This document shows positions 47,952-57,903 of a stretch of DNA of 64,000 bases, piece by piece (the stretch's first letter is position 1; each line of letters starts with the position of its first letter). The notes beneath the pieces were generated by a model. The model was not told the origin of the DNA. It did not search any database and saw only the letters and a list, made by a program, of their open reading frames with translations. Made by a program: the position numbers and the translations under genes. The DNA comes from an uncultured Candidatus Binatia bacterium (GTDB taxonomy: Bacteria; Desulfobacterota; Binatia; UBA9968; CAXXLF01): assembly GCA_965218425.1 (NCBI GenBank), contig OZ244621.1:96001-160000 (forward strand), in the 5' to 3' direction.

Positions 47952-49520
47952 TCAATTCGCCTTAATCTGGTACTTCCCTTCTCCATCCTGAGTGATCTTT
48001 TCTCTATCGTTCAAGACACCAATGGCCCTGGCGATCCTGTCGTATCCCTCACCGGAAAAGAGGTCGAGAAGCTCCGCAAAAAACCTGTGACCCTGAGCCA
48101 GGGCTTTATGAATCTTTTCTGAAAGTGCCTCCACGTCCCCTTCCCCACCCTTCTGCTTCGATGCCCGCTGGGTGCCCTTTTTCCCATTCACATAGTCCTC
48201 AAGTCGCACCTTTCCCTCGTTGAAATAGACGATGCGCTGGTAGCGCTCCCTCGGGACGTTTTCGGGAATCGTGGCATCGACCCCCATCTTGGCCGTAGTC
48301 GGAACACCCTTGACGGGTGGAAGGGAGGGATCCAAGGGCTTGGACCGGGCATTTGTTATAATCATCACATCTCGGTCCGCCTGCACGCGGGTCGCAATGG
48401 CCCACTCCACCTCCACCGGGTCGAAGATGTCAATGTCCTCATCGGTCACCACCACATGCTTGATATCGGCGATGGACAGTAGTGCTGCGATGGCGTTCTT
48501 TCCGTCCCCCGGCACTTTTCTGATGGCGGCAATGATATGCCAATGACAACAACCTCCAGGAGTCACATAGATGGCCGTTGCTTTGACACCTGCTTCCCCC
48601 AGAACGCGCCAGGCGGCTGCCTCATAAATGGGCGCACTCATCCAGATGTTCTCCCACGGCATGTGAAGCGCGTAGTAAATAGGATCGCGCCGATGGAGCA
48701 CTGCATTGATCTTGACTCTAGGGTTGTGATGGATTCCTCCCATGAGACGAGTAAACTCTCCGAAGGGTCCCTCCGGTTGAGTCCACCCTTCGGGGATGAT
48801 CTCTCCTTCCAGTACGATTTCAGCCTCTGCAATGCATGGAACAGGAATCGTAACTCCGGAGGTTAGTTCCAGAGGCTCGCCGCGAAGACCGCCGGCGTAG
48901 GTCAGCTCATCTGTGCCGAGGGACGCTTTGAAGGTTGCCGCCACCATCTCAAAAGGATGAGTTCCAATGGAAATAGAGATGGGAAGGGGGCGTTTGGTTG
49001 AGAGGGCACGCTCGGCAAACCTCCTCAGGTTATTGGGTGTCACGATATCGATGCTGGAGATGTTTCTTCCTTTGAGCATCAGACGGTACATGCCGGCATT
49101 CATCCCATACTCCGGGTCCCCGGCAATTACCACCGCTCCAGAAATTGTGGGCCCACCATCCAGAGTCGAAAAGATGGGTACAGGGAGTTGAAAGAGGTCC
49201 ACCTCGGTCTTTTGCACCACTACCTCTTTCACCGGACCGTCATGGACCGGTTTAGGTTTGATGGGCCGTTCCATGGCCTGTTGAAGCTTTTCCTGAATCT
49301 TTTCATAGGGAACCCCCATGGCAAGCGCGAGACGGTTCCTCGACTGGAGGAGGCCGGACACCACCGGCAACGAGTACCCTACAGGATTGCTAAAGATCAG
49401 CGCCTTGTCTGACTGCGGGACCAGGGCTGCAACATTTCTTAGATCAATGGGCTTGGAAATTTCGAGCAGCTCATCGTTCTCACGCAGTACCTGCAAATAG
49501 TCTCTAAAGCTGACACCCAT
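47952..49520 (-). CDS. UbiD family (de)carboxylase with C-terminal extension
   Basis: DGG, N.GMYR, AEIVLEG, EGPFGEF, DEDIDI, WAIATR, KMGVDAT. Confidence 0.93.
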   Translation of the reverse strand: MGVSFRDYLQVLRENDELLEISKPIDLRNVAALVPQSDKALIFSNPVGYSLPVVSGLLQSRNRLALAMGVPYEKIQEKLQQAMERPIKPKPVHDGPVKEVVVQKTEVDLFQLPVPIFSTLDGGPTISGAVVIAGDPEYGMNAGMYRLMLKGRNISSIDIVTPNNLRRFAERALSTKRPLPISISIGTHPFEMVAATFKASLGTDELTYAGGLRGEPLELTSGVTIPVPCIAEAEIVLEGEIIPEGWTQPEGPFGEFTRLMGGIHHNPRVKINAVLHRRDPIYYALHMPWENIWMSAPIYEAAAWRVLGEAGVKATAIYVTPGGCCHWHIIAAIRKVPGDGKNAIAALLSIADIKHVVVTDEDIDIFDPVEVEWAIATRVQADRDVMIITNARSKPLDPSLPPVKGVPTTAKMGVDATIPENVPRERYQRIVYFNEGKVRLEDYVNGKKGTQRASKQKGGEGDVEALSEKIHKALAQGHRFFAELLDLFSGEGYDRIARAIGVLNDREKITQDGEGKYQIKAN

Positions 49521-50176
49521 AATTGCTGATTCCTCTCACCACTACATTCCACTACAGGGGCATGCCTGGATTATCCCGTTGATATCTCGACCCGGGCAGC
49601 ATAGAAGCAGGGACGCAAAACCCTGGGCAGAGCTTCTATCAGGTGGGTTTGAGACAGTCAAGCTGAGCGTAGTTGTTAGTTGTCAACCTTCTGCTATTTG
49701 TAAATCGGCAATGAGCACTGAGCGATGACGATTGAGCTAGGCGGCAAAGCGCAAGGAGCATAGCAAAAAGCGTTAGGAGCTATCAGCTTTCAGCCAGGAA
49801 GCGTTGAGTGTTAACTCTCCAGTGCTACGATTCTATTTTCATCGAGTGTTCGAGCTACTTCTTTCTCCCGCTCAACACTTTACACTTAACGCTTTCTTCC
49901 TTGGACTCAACCCCCTCCCCGCTCAGTCCTCAGCATTCATCACTCATTGCTCTGTTCAGTGCACGCCCCCTGCGCCCGTTACTCACGTTGCAATGATCAG
50001 TTAATCACTGCTCTATTGCTCGCGGCCGTAGGATCGCTCCCAGAGGAGCAAAGGTTCAAAGAGACCCCTCGCACTGCATTTCATGAAGGAGAGTCTCCAG
50101 TGACTTGACGCCCTTTATGTGACGATTTATGATCCCGCTTACTCCAACAACACCGGGGAAAAAGGAGAACACATTC

Positions 50177-50971
50177 ATGCTCGAACACTACCAGGGCGAC
50201 GGATCGGTCTGCGCACGAAAAGTTCGGCTCACGCTTGCGGAAAAGGGCATCACGGACTGGGTGGGTCACATGCTAGACCTCGGCAGGGGCGATCAAAACA
50301 AGCCAGAGTATCTTAAGCTAAATCCAAAGGGCGTGGTGCCCACCTTGGTTCATGACGGTCACATTATCACCGAATCCACCGTTATCTGCGAATATTTGGA
50401 AGACGCTTTTCCCGAGCCTCACCTGCGCCCGGCGGACCCGGTGGGGGCCGCCATGATGAGAAAATGGGCCAAGATCCCCGACGAAGAAATCCACCCTGCG
50501 TGCGCTGCCATATCGTCTGCAGGCCTCCTGGGCCGCGGCCGACGCAAGAACCTCCAGCAATTTCTTTCACGGCTTAAAGACGCACCAGACAAGGCCCGGG
50601 CCGAACGGGGCCGCGGGTGCACTCTCGAACGCTGGCAATACCCTGAGGTCAGGGCAGCTGTCCTCGTCCACGAGAAGCTTTTAGAGAATATGGAAAAAGA
50701 ACTGGCAGCAAACGGCCCCTGGCTGGTGGGCGAGATGTATACCATCGCGGACATCGGCCTCACACCCTATGTCTACCGTCTCATGGAAATGGGATTGACG
50801 GGCATGTGGGCTCAGCGCCCCCACGTTGCGCACTGGCTCAAGCGAGTGATGGCGCGACCTAGCTTCGAATCCGCCATCACCAAATACCCCGGCCGTTACA
50901 TGAGCGACGCGGACAAAGAAGAAGACAGGCGTGACTGGGCCGCCGTGCAAAACATCATTGCCGCCGCTTAG
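50177..50971 (+). CDS. glutathione S-transferase family protein
   Basis: KVRL.LAEKG, NPKGVVP, ESTVI.EY, TIADI. Confidence 0.92.
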   Translation: MLEHYQGDGSVCARKVRLTLAEKGITDWVGHMLDLGRGDQNKPEYLKLNPKGVVPTLVHDGHIITESTVICEYLEDAFPEPHLRPADPVGAAMMRKWAKIPDEEIHPACAAISSAGLLGRGRRKNLQQFLSRLKDAPDKARAERGRGCTLERWQYPEVRAAVLVHEKLLENMEKELAANGPWLVGEMYTIADIGLTPYVYRLMEMGLTGMWAQRPHVAHWLKRVMARPSFESAITKYPGRYMSDADKEEDRRDWAAVQNIIAAA

Positions 50972-51012
50972 CCCCACCGCCTAATCGTAATCATCGCCTG
51001 TTAACGTAAACC

Positions 51013-51168
51013 ATGGATTTGATCAGAATACTAGTCGCGATTTTACTTCCACCCCGGGGCGTTTTTCCTCAAGTGGGCCTGGGCGGACAGTTCTGGCTAA
51101 ACATTTTATTGACCTTGCTGGGTTGTATTCCCGGAATTGTTCATGCAGTTTGGATTATTGCCAGGTGA
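51013..51168 (+). CDS. YqaE/Pmp3 family small membrane protein (not in ORF track; possibly decaying)
   Basis: MDLIRILVAILLPP.GVF.QVG...FWLNILLTLLG.IPGIVHAVWII; three usually conserved positions look substituted. Confidence 0.8.
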   Translation: MDLIRILVAILLPPRGVFPQVGLGGQFWLNILLTLLGCIPGIVHAVWIIAR

Positions 51169-51200
51169 TGAAAATCAGAGAATGATCGCGGTCTGCCGGC

Positions 51201-51452
51201 ATGAGAAAAACAATCGGATCCAATCTTAAAATTTGTTTGGGCTTCAGTCTGTGTCTGCTCCTATTCGGGAACATAAGCTGCGGCGAAGAGGCCGAGAAAT
51301 TGTTTGAAATCGCCGAGATGGAGGAACAGCGAAACAACGATAGCGATGCCCGGAAGTTGTATAGGAGGATCATTGAAATAGACCCAAAGGGTTACTTTGC
51401 GACAAAAGCGAGAGAACAATTGGCAAAACTGGATAAGAAAGGGACCCCATAG
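51201..51452 (+). CDS. small TPR-like lipoprotein
   Basis: signal + ISCG; A.KLY.RII...P...A..A...L pattern. Confidence 0.65.
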   Translation: MRKTIGSNLKICLGFSLCLLLFGNISCGEEAEKLFEIAEMEEQRNNDSDARKLYRRIIEIDPKGYFATKAREQLAKLDKKGTP

Positions 51453-51487
51453 AATACCTTTGCGACCCAGCCCTTCGCCCCCATCAC

Positions 51488-52597
51488 CTAAGGGCGCAAA
51501 GCACGATAGAGAAAGGGTAGACTACGATCCATGCGGTAGTCGATGCCGGAGTGGGTATCGTCGAACTCCTCGTAAGTATGTTCGATGCGCTGTTCGCGCA
51601 GCCGCTTGGACAGGATGCGTGATCCGTACTGGATATGGTACTGGTCGCGCCAACCGCAATCGATGTAGATACCCTTCAGCGACTTGAGGTTATGTCGATA
51701 ACGCTTGACCAGGTTAATGGGGTCATGCCGTAGCCATTGCCGCCAGCGGTTTTCCAGTAGCTCACCAGTTTCGAGGTTGAAGGGAAGACGGAAACCGTTG
51801 GGTGCCTTCGGATCGGGGTCGTAGGTGGCGGCCATGCACAAACTCATTAGGCAATGCACCTCTGCACCCGAGAGTTTGTCTTTTTTCCAGATCTTCTTCA
51901 GAAAATTTTTCACCCTGCCGTCATCCAGCCCCCCATTAACCCTTCGTTCCTCCGCCAACACATTGATTGGTCCTGGCCTACGCTTACGCACCCGGTGCCT
52001 GGCCAGTTCGTTCAATGTATTCGGCCAATCACTTCGGTAGATCACATCAAAATAGGTATCCCCCGAATGATCGGCCACGGCGCCCCAGTACCGCGGGTAT
52101 TTCATCCCATGAACAATAGCACCGTAGCCGCCGGAAGATTTGCCGAAGCAACCGCGGTGCCCCCGTGATGCCAGAGTTCGAAACTCACCATCCACGAATA
52201 GAATCAGCTCCCGAGTCAGGTAGTCTGCATACCTGCCGACGGCCGAGGAATTCACGTATTGATTGCCACCCAGAGCAGTAAAGCAATCCGGAAAGACAAG
52301 AATACACGGCCCCATCTTGTCTTCATGAATGAGCCGTGCAGCCCGCTCCGGCACATTCTCATCAAAGCTTCGCCAGTTGGTGTGGGATCTCCCGGAACCT
52401 GTGTAGCCCACCAGATCGAACAGTACCGGGAACCGTTTACCGCGCCCTCCAATTGCGCCTTGGTTGTATTGGGGGGGCAACCAAACGTCGAGTCTTCTCG
52501 AACGGGGATCTCCAAGGGGATTATCCGAGAGGACACCGGACACGTGTTCCAGAGTCACAACGGATCCCGTTGACCACTTCGGTCTCTTCAGTGCCAT
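51488..52597 (-). CDS. esterase (enterochelin esterase/Fes-like alpha/beta hydrolase)
   Basis: VWLPP.Y, GKSSGG, DCG..D, YEEF.D.H. Confidence 0.88.
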   Translation of the reverse strand: MALKRPKWSTGSVVTLEHVSGVLSDNPLGDPRSRRLDVWLPPQYNQGAIGGRGKRFPVLFDLVGYTGSGRSHTNWRSFDENVPERAARLIHEDKMGPCILVFPDCFTALGGNQYVNSSAVGRYADYLTRELILFVDGEFRTLASRGHRGCFGKSSGGYGAIVHGMKYPRYWGAVADHSGDTYFDVIYRSDWPNTLNELARHRVRKRRPGPINVLAEERRVNGGLDDGRVKNFLKKIWKKDKLSGAEVHCLMSLCMAATYDPDPKAPNGFRLPFNLETGELLENRWRQWLRHDPINLVKRYRHNLKSLKGIYIDCGWRDQYHIQYGSRILSKRLREQRIEHTYEEFDDTHSGIDYRMDRSLPFLYRALRP

Positions 52598-52686
52598 TGG
52601 TTTATCTTGGCTAAAAGACAATCTGGAGTCAGATTGCTTTCTCTTTATAGTCTATATAGAGTTGTCAGTCGACGATCCAACTGGGA

Positions 52687-53658
52687 TTATCGGAGCGATT
52701 CGGGTAAGTTCGATGAAAAAAGCTCTTTCACCTTCATGGGTCGGCTAACGAGATGCTGCTCGGATGCCGCCTGCACGAAAGCATCGAGGGCCTTTCGGTT
52801 TGCCTTCAAGCCATACGGCCAAGGGTCCTCCCCTCCCATCAAATCCTTCATCTCTAACGTGGTTTCACCCGACTTCGGCGCACCGGATGAACGAACCTCT
52901 TCCCGGGATTGGGCTATTTTTTTTGCCTGGCCGTAAGCATGGCACAGGCTCTCCACCACCCAAGGCTTTTCCCTAGCGAGCTCGTTCCTCATGACCGTCA
53001 CGTGCATAATGGGAAAGACGCCGGTCTTCTCAAAATACTCCCGCTGTGCGGTGACGTTGTCGGCATAAGCGCCCACTACTACATCGTCTCCGTCTGGCTT
53101 CACATCCGCGCCGCCCCCCGGTGTAAAGATGGCCTGGATCTCTCCGGCCTCCATCAATTCTCGCGGTTTCCGACCACTGGTGTCCCGCTGTACCGTTACA
53201 CCTTGAGGGAAGTCTAATTCCTTGAGACGCTCGGGTTGAAAGGTAACCCACTTGAGCTCTTGGGCAGCAATCCCATAGAAGTCCTGCAAGATTTTTCGCT
53301 GCCATATGCATGACGACATCCAGTACTGGGGTGTCCCCGCCGTCTTCCCCCGCAAGTCCGAGAGATCGCGGATACCCGCACGCTTGGAAACCTGAAAACC
53401 GGCCTGCAAAAAACGCCGACCCGAGGTAAATAACGGCAATCCGATGAGGGGAATTCCGATCTCCCGGGCCTTGGCAAAGGTTGCGATGGCCATCTCGCCC
53501 ACATCGTATTCCAAGTGAAGGGTGCGTTTGGTAACGTCATCCAGGCTCTCCGGCTCTATAGTCTGAAGCTCTATCCCTTCAGCCTTCACCTCGCCATCGA
53601 ATAAGGGACGAGTCAAAAGAGAAGGCATTACGGAAAGTTTGATCGCTAAATCTGCCAT
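52687..53658 (-). CDS. 4,5-dihydroxyphthalate decarboxylase-like PBP-fold protein
   Basis: L.DG.V..EG, YDVGEM, DLRGK, YF.KTGVFPIMH, DPWPYG..ANR. Confidence 0.85.
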   Translation of the reverse strand: MADLAIKLSVMPSLLTRPLFDGEVKAEGIELQTIEPESLDDVTKRTLHLEYDVGEMAIATFAKAREIGIPLIGLPLFTSGRRFLQAGFQVSKRAGIRDLSDLRGKTAGTPQYWMSSCIWQRKILQDFYGIAAQELKWVTFQPERLKELDFPQGVTVQRDTSGRKPRELMEAGEIQAIFTPGGGADVKPDGDDVVVGAYADNVTAQREYFEKTGVFPIMHVTVMRNELAREKPWVVESLCHAYGQAKKIAQSREEVRSSGAPKSGETTLEMKDLMGGEDPWPYGLKANRKALDAFVQAASEQHLVSRPMKVKELFSSNLPESLR

Positions 53659-53689
53659 GACCTCTCCTCACAAACAATTGACTTACCAT

Positions 53690-55351
53690 CTAGTGCCCCG
53701 ACGGGAATCCTTCCGCCGGGTCGCAGACCACATCCACCAGGGTGGGCTTTCCCGATTTGAGCCCTTTCTCAATGGCCGGGTGGATTTCCTCCGGCCGTTC
53801 CACTCGAATCCCCTCGCATTTAAACTCCCGCGCGATATTTGCAAAGTTCAAACCGGGAAGGAAAGACATCTCCTCTTTCAGCGGTGAGTCCTTGATGTGG
53901 TTTTTCTCCAGCAAAAAACAGCCGTTGTTGAAGACCACGAGCACAAAACCGATGTTATAGCGGGCCGCCATCTCCAACTCCGAAATGATGCCGCACATGA
54001 GTCCACCGTCCCCTTCGAAGCAAATGACATTCTTGTTGGGTGCTCCAAGCTTAGCTCCGATGGCCATGGGCAGTCCGGTACCGATGGCACCGGTTCCCCG
54101 GGGAGTAATAAAGGTTGGGCCGGCCTCCACAAAGGTGTGGCTGGTGGCCCACATAAAGGGACTGGACCCATCGGAGACCAGTATCGTATTCGGACCCATG
54201 AACTGGCGCACCTCTCTCATAAGACGGGCCGGATGGATTGGGACCCTCTCGGAGCTTGAAGCCGCCGCGTTGTCTTCTTCCCAACGGCCAAGGAGTTGCT
54301 TGATCTCACCGGCGCGGGTTTCCTTCGGCTTGTAGTGGCTACTCTTCAAGGCTCTGCTGAGGGATTTGAGGGCAGCCTTAGCGTCGGCAACGATGCCGAC
54401 TTCGGTCCGATAGTTTCTCCCGATCTCTTCGGGATCGATATCGATATGAACAACAGTCGACTTGGGATCGGGCACCGTCCAGCGGCTGGTGGCCATCTCA
54501 TTTGTCCTGCTACCAACCAAAAGAACGAGATCGGAGTTTTTCACAATCTGCTCTGCAACTCGTGCCCTGCCAAGCCGACCCCCTACCACATTTCCGGTTG
54601 GGCCAGCGCTAAGCGGGTGACGTTCAGGGAAAGCACCTTTGCCCGAAATCGTGGTGGCCACCGGCATCTGGCAAAACTCGGCCACCTCTTTCAGTTCATC
54701 CCAGGCGCGTGAGAGATTCACCCCGCCACCTGCAATGATACAGGGGCGCTTGGCTCTTCCCAATTCATTTACTGCCTCTTTGATGGAGCGCGGGTCCGGC
54801 TCCACTCGGTGAGCGGGGCAACTTGCGTACTGCGCCTCGGCGTAGGGCTCGTCGTCGATCTGCTGTTCCGGGCTCATGATGGACCCGACGCCTCGGATGT
54901 TGAGCACCACGGGACCCGGTCTCCCTGTGGTAGCAATACGGAACGCTTTACGCAGCATCTCCGGGGCTTGCTTCAGATCGTGAATGTCTCCCAACCACTT
55001 GACCACTGGACTCACCATCTCAATCTGCTTCTGCTCGTAGAGGGAGTGCTTCCCTTCGTTTTTGGCGGCTAATCCATCCATGAGCACGATGATGGGAACC
55101 GATGAGTTCCACGCCTCAGTGAGGGCCATGATGATGTTCATGGTCCCGGGCCGATTCAAAGTTATCACTCCCGGCTTACCGCTCACCCGGGCATAGCCGC
55201 TGGCCATGAGACCCGCCGATGTCTCGTAGTGAATGTTCATGGGCTGGATTCTTCCGGGGTCCATATCGGGATAAATACGCATACCAAAAAGTTGCGGCAC
55301 TCCGTATTCGATGAGGATCTTGCTCAGGTGCGTGTAGACGTGGGCCTTCAT
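53690..55351 (-). CDS. thiamine-diphosphate-dependent enzyme (acetolactate synthase-like)
   Basis: HYETSA..MA.GYAR, GRPGPV, GDGG...NN motif. Confidence 0.92.
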   Translation of the reverse strand: MKAHVYTHLSKILIEYGVPQLFGMRIYPDMDPGRIQPMNIHYETSAGLMASGYARVSGKPGVITLNRPGTMNIIMALTEAWNSSVPIIVLMDGLAAKNEGKHSLYEQKQIEMVSPVVKWLGDIHDLKQAPEMLRKAFRIATTGRPGPVVLNIRGVGSIMSPEQQIDDEPYAEAQYASCPAHRVEPDPRSIKEAVNELGRAKRPCIIAGGGVNLSRAWDELKEVAEFCQMPVATTISGKGAFPERHPLSAGPTGNVVGGRLGRARVAEQIVKNSDLVLLVGSRTNEMATSRWTVPDPKSTVVHIDIDPEEIGRNYRTEVGIVADAKAALKSLSRALKSSHYKPKETRAGEIKQLLGRWEEDNAAASSSERVPIHPARLMREVRQFMGPNTILVSDGSSPFMWATSHTFVEAGPTFITPRGTGAIGTGLPMAIGAKLGAPNKNVICFEGDGGLMCGIISELEMAARYNIGFVLVVFNNGCFLLEKNHIKDSPLKEEMSFLPGLNFANIAREFKCEGIRVERPEEIHPAIEKGLKSGKPTLVDVVCDPAEGFPSGH

Positions 55352-55358
55352 GGTTTTT

Positions 55359-56585
55359 TTAGCGTCCCCCCCTTCTCATGTTCTGGAGCGCTGCCAACAG
55401 CGGCGACGACGACTGATAGCGCAATTCGATTTCCCTGTGCTCCCTGGATGACTGAATCATGGCAAGACAGGCTTCCAGGCTCGCCCGTCCCCAATAGGCA
55501 TCGGGGAAGATGGGTTCGTTGCGGTCCAGGTTGGCTCTGAGCACGTCGAGCTCCGACGCCCCGCGAATATTCACATCCGGCGCGATGGCGACCTCCTCCC
55601 GTCCATTCACGGTATAAACATAAAGACCGTCCGGGGATTGGCGGATGTCACCCCTCTCACAGCTAACAATGGTAACGCCGAAGAAGTCCTGTCGACTGGC
55701 CTTCTGAGATCCAATCCGCATTCTCTCCTCCATGGCGGACAGGGAATACATGGGATGGGCGTAGCGCACCTCGCTGGTCACTGGCCCGTTGGTGCGAGCC
55801 CTAGGACCGTAGAGAAACTCATCCGTGTGCATCCCTCCGCCCTCACCGATGCCCCAGGTCATTTCGGCGACATCGAAGTAGCCGTAGCCGTTGAAGCCCA
55901 CGAGCCCAGTGGCCCCTTCCTCGAACTCGAGAAAGGCAGAATAGTTACCCTCAATGTCGAATATGGGCATATGACGTCCTACAGTAGCCCGTAGGCTCCG
56001 GATTCTCCCACCAGCCAGGTAACGTGTGATGTCCATATGATGGGGACCCTGACGAAACACCACGCCTCCACCCTTTTTCTCATCCACCTCTCCCGCCAGC
56101 ATTGGCCGAATCATCCAATCGTTGTAGATCCAGGTGTGAATCTGGATGACCCGGCCCAATCGCCCGCTGGTAATGATCTCTCCCATCTTGCGAAACGTGG
56201 GCCGAAAGATCTTGCTGTGTCCCTGGACGTAACGCACATTGTTCCTCTCCACCGCTTCGATCATCCCATTGGCCTCGTCGAGGGTAATTGCCATGGGCTT
56301 TTCGCAGACGACGTGTTTTCCGTGCTCGGCGGCGATGATGGCATGCCGCGCATGGAGTTCGTTGGGCGTGGCAACGTAGACCACGTTAATGTCCGCCTTG
56401 CGACACATTTCCTCATAATCAGAATAGGTCTCGAGCCCGAATCGCGTCTTATAGAAATTCCGCTCCTCCTCACGCAGGTCACACACCGCCACCAGCTTGG
56501 CATCTTTGCAGGCCATCAAACCCGGGATCACAATTCTCGCCGCAGCGCCGAGTCCAACCATACCGACGCGAAATTCGTAAGCCAT
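55359..56585 (-). CDS. Gfo/Idh/MocA oxidoreductase (phthalate cis-dihydrodiol dehydrogenase-like)
   Basis: GLG, ATPN..H, CEKP, DW.IRP, GGGV..RQGPH..D, GYGYFD, SCERGDIRQ. Confidence 0.88.
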   Translation of the reverse strand: MAYEFRVGMVGLGAAARIVIPGLMACKDAKLVAVCDLREEERNFYKTRFGLETYSDYEEMCRKADINVVYVATPNELHARHAIIAAEHGKHVVCEKPMAITLDEANGMIEAVERNNVRYVQGHSKIFRPTFRKMGEIITSGRLGRVIQIHTWIYNDWMIRPMLAGEVDEKKGGGVVFRQGPHHMDITRYLAGGRIRSLRATVGRHMPIFDIEGNYSAFLEFEEGATGLVGFNGYGYFDVAEMTWGIGEGGGMHTDEFLYGPRARTNGPVTSEVRYAHPMYSLSAMEERMRIGSQKASRQDFFGVTIVSCERGDIRQSPDGLYVYTVNGREEVAIAPDVNIRGASELDVLRANLDRNEPIFPDAYWGRASLEACLAMIQSSREHREIELRYQSSSPLLAALQNMRRGGR

Positions 56586-56617
56586 GGTAAAGTCCTCTTC
56601 TCAGATAGAGTTTTGAG

Positions 56618-57588
56618 TCAACGGGAGTTGGGACGTGCCGAGCCCCTAGGCACCTCGAACTCCTCGTGCCTGTCATCGAATATCTGTGCCGGCGGCCGCC
56701 GTTGACCCATGAAGGCATTGTCACCCGCCCCCGTGCGTCCCTCTCTAGGGGGAGTCCAGGCTTCCAGGTCGATGGATACGTTATCGCCAACGTCTCCCAG
56801 ACCAGGGCCATTGGATCCCCACCCTTTTCTACAATCTGAATTTGCTCTTTCAGCATCCCGCGAAACATAATGATCCCGCGGTCGGAAAGGCCAAGATGCT
56901 CATTGGACCGGTCGTAGAGACTGCCTTAGGTCTCCCATGCCATGCCGTCCTGGAACGCAAAGGTGCGCAGATGGTACTCTCCGCCCTTGTTCACCCAGGG
57001 CTCGTCGTAGTCCACTGGCGGTTCCTCGGGCTGTTTCACCCGGCTCCCGTCGGGAGTGGCCTTGAGCGATACCTGCAAGATCGCCGTGCCGTAATCGTCG
57101 ATGGGGACTCGCCAGTGAAGCGTGCTCATGACATCCGTCTGCCGTAGCATATTGGGAAACAGAACAAAGTTTCCCCAAACCTCTTCGAAAACACCGCGAA
57201 CCCACATGGGCCTCGTGGCCTGATGTCGAGGCACCCCGACCCTCTTTCCAACCAGGTCCGCAGGTCCCGTGATGCCCGAGTTCTTGTTTTTGTACATGAA
57301 GGATTGGATAAACAACCGGTTCAAAAAGACCGGTACCGCCACGATGGGTATACCCCGCTGCCGCGCCACGAGATAGTGGGCCGTGGACATCTTCGCCGCG
57401 TCGAACTCAAGTCTCAGCATGCGCCGGAAGATGGCATCCACGTTGATAAAATCGGAGAGGACGTTAAGGTTGATACCCTCGACATCGATTAGGCCATTAA
57501 TCAGCGGTTGGGTAATGTCGTAGACACCGCTTGCCAGGGTAATGGGGAGACGATTGTCATTGGGTGTAAAAGCCATCGAGATTTTCAC
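56618..57588 (-). pseudogene. chimeric pseudogene: decarboxylase-like N-terminus fused to Rieske oxygenase C-terminus
   Basis: junction near 57180; WRVPIDD, QDGMAWET*G...EHLG.SDRG (TAA at 56926-56928) and a later frameshift. Confidence 0.8.
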
Positions 57589-57627
57589 CTACTTAGAAAT
57601 TTTTGATCAGCGATCCGCCTTGCCCCA

Positions 57628-57800
57628 TTTACAACCGGGGCTCCTCTTCCCAATCGAGGGTAGAAGGTGCAAAGAGGTCGTCGACGACGGGACGCTTGTG
57701 GAGGACCCCCTGCCGCAGGCAGTATTCGATTTCTTCCTCTAGGACATGTCGGTTCCCCTTCAACCCGTAGGCCCAGAGATCACTGAAAATTTCCCTCCGC
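57628..57800 (-). pseudogene. C-terminal remnant of another dihydroxyphthalate decarboxylase-like gene
   Basis: DLWAYGLKGNRHVLE...QG...VDDLF matches the C-terminus of 52687-53658. Confidence 0.7.
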
Positions 57801-57903
57801 TCCGCCCACCGGTGTGCAAACCATATCAGGCTTGGACTCTGCTGGCGCCCTAACAGGGCTCAAGTAACCCCATTCAAAGCGCTCAGTAGTATGGGTAAGC
57901 CTT

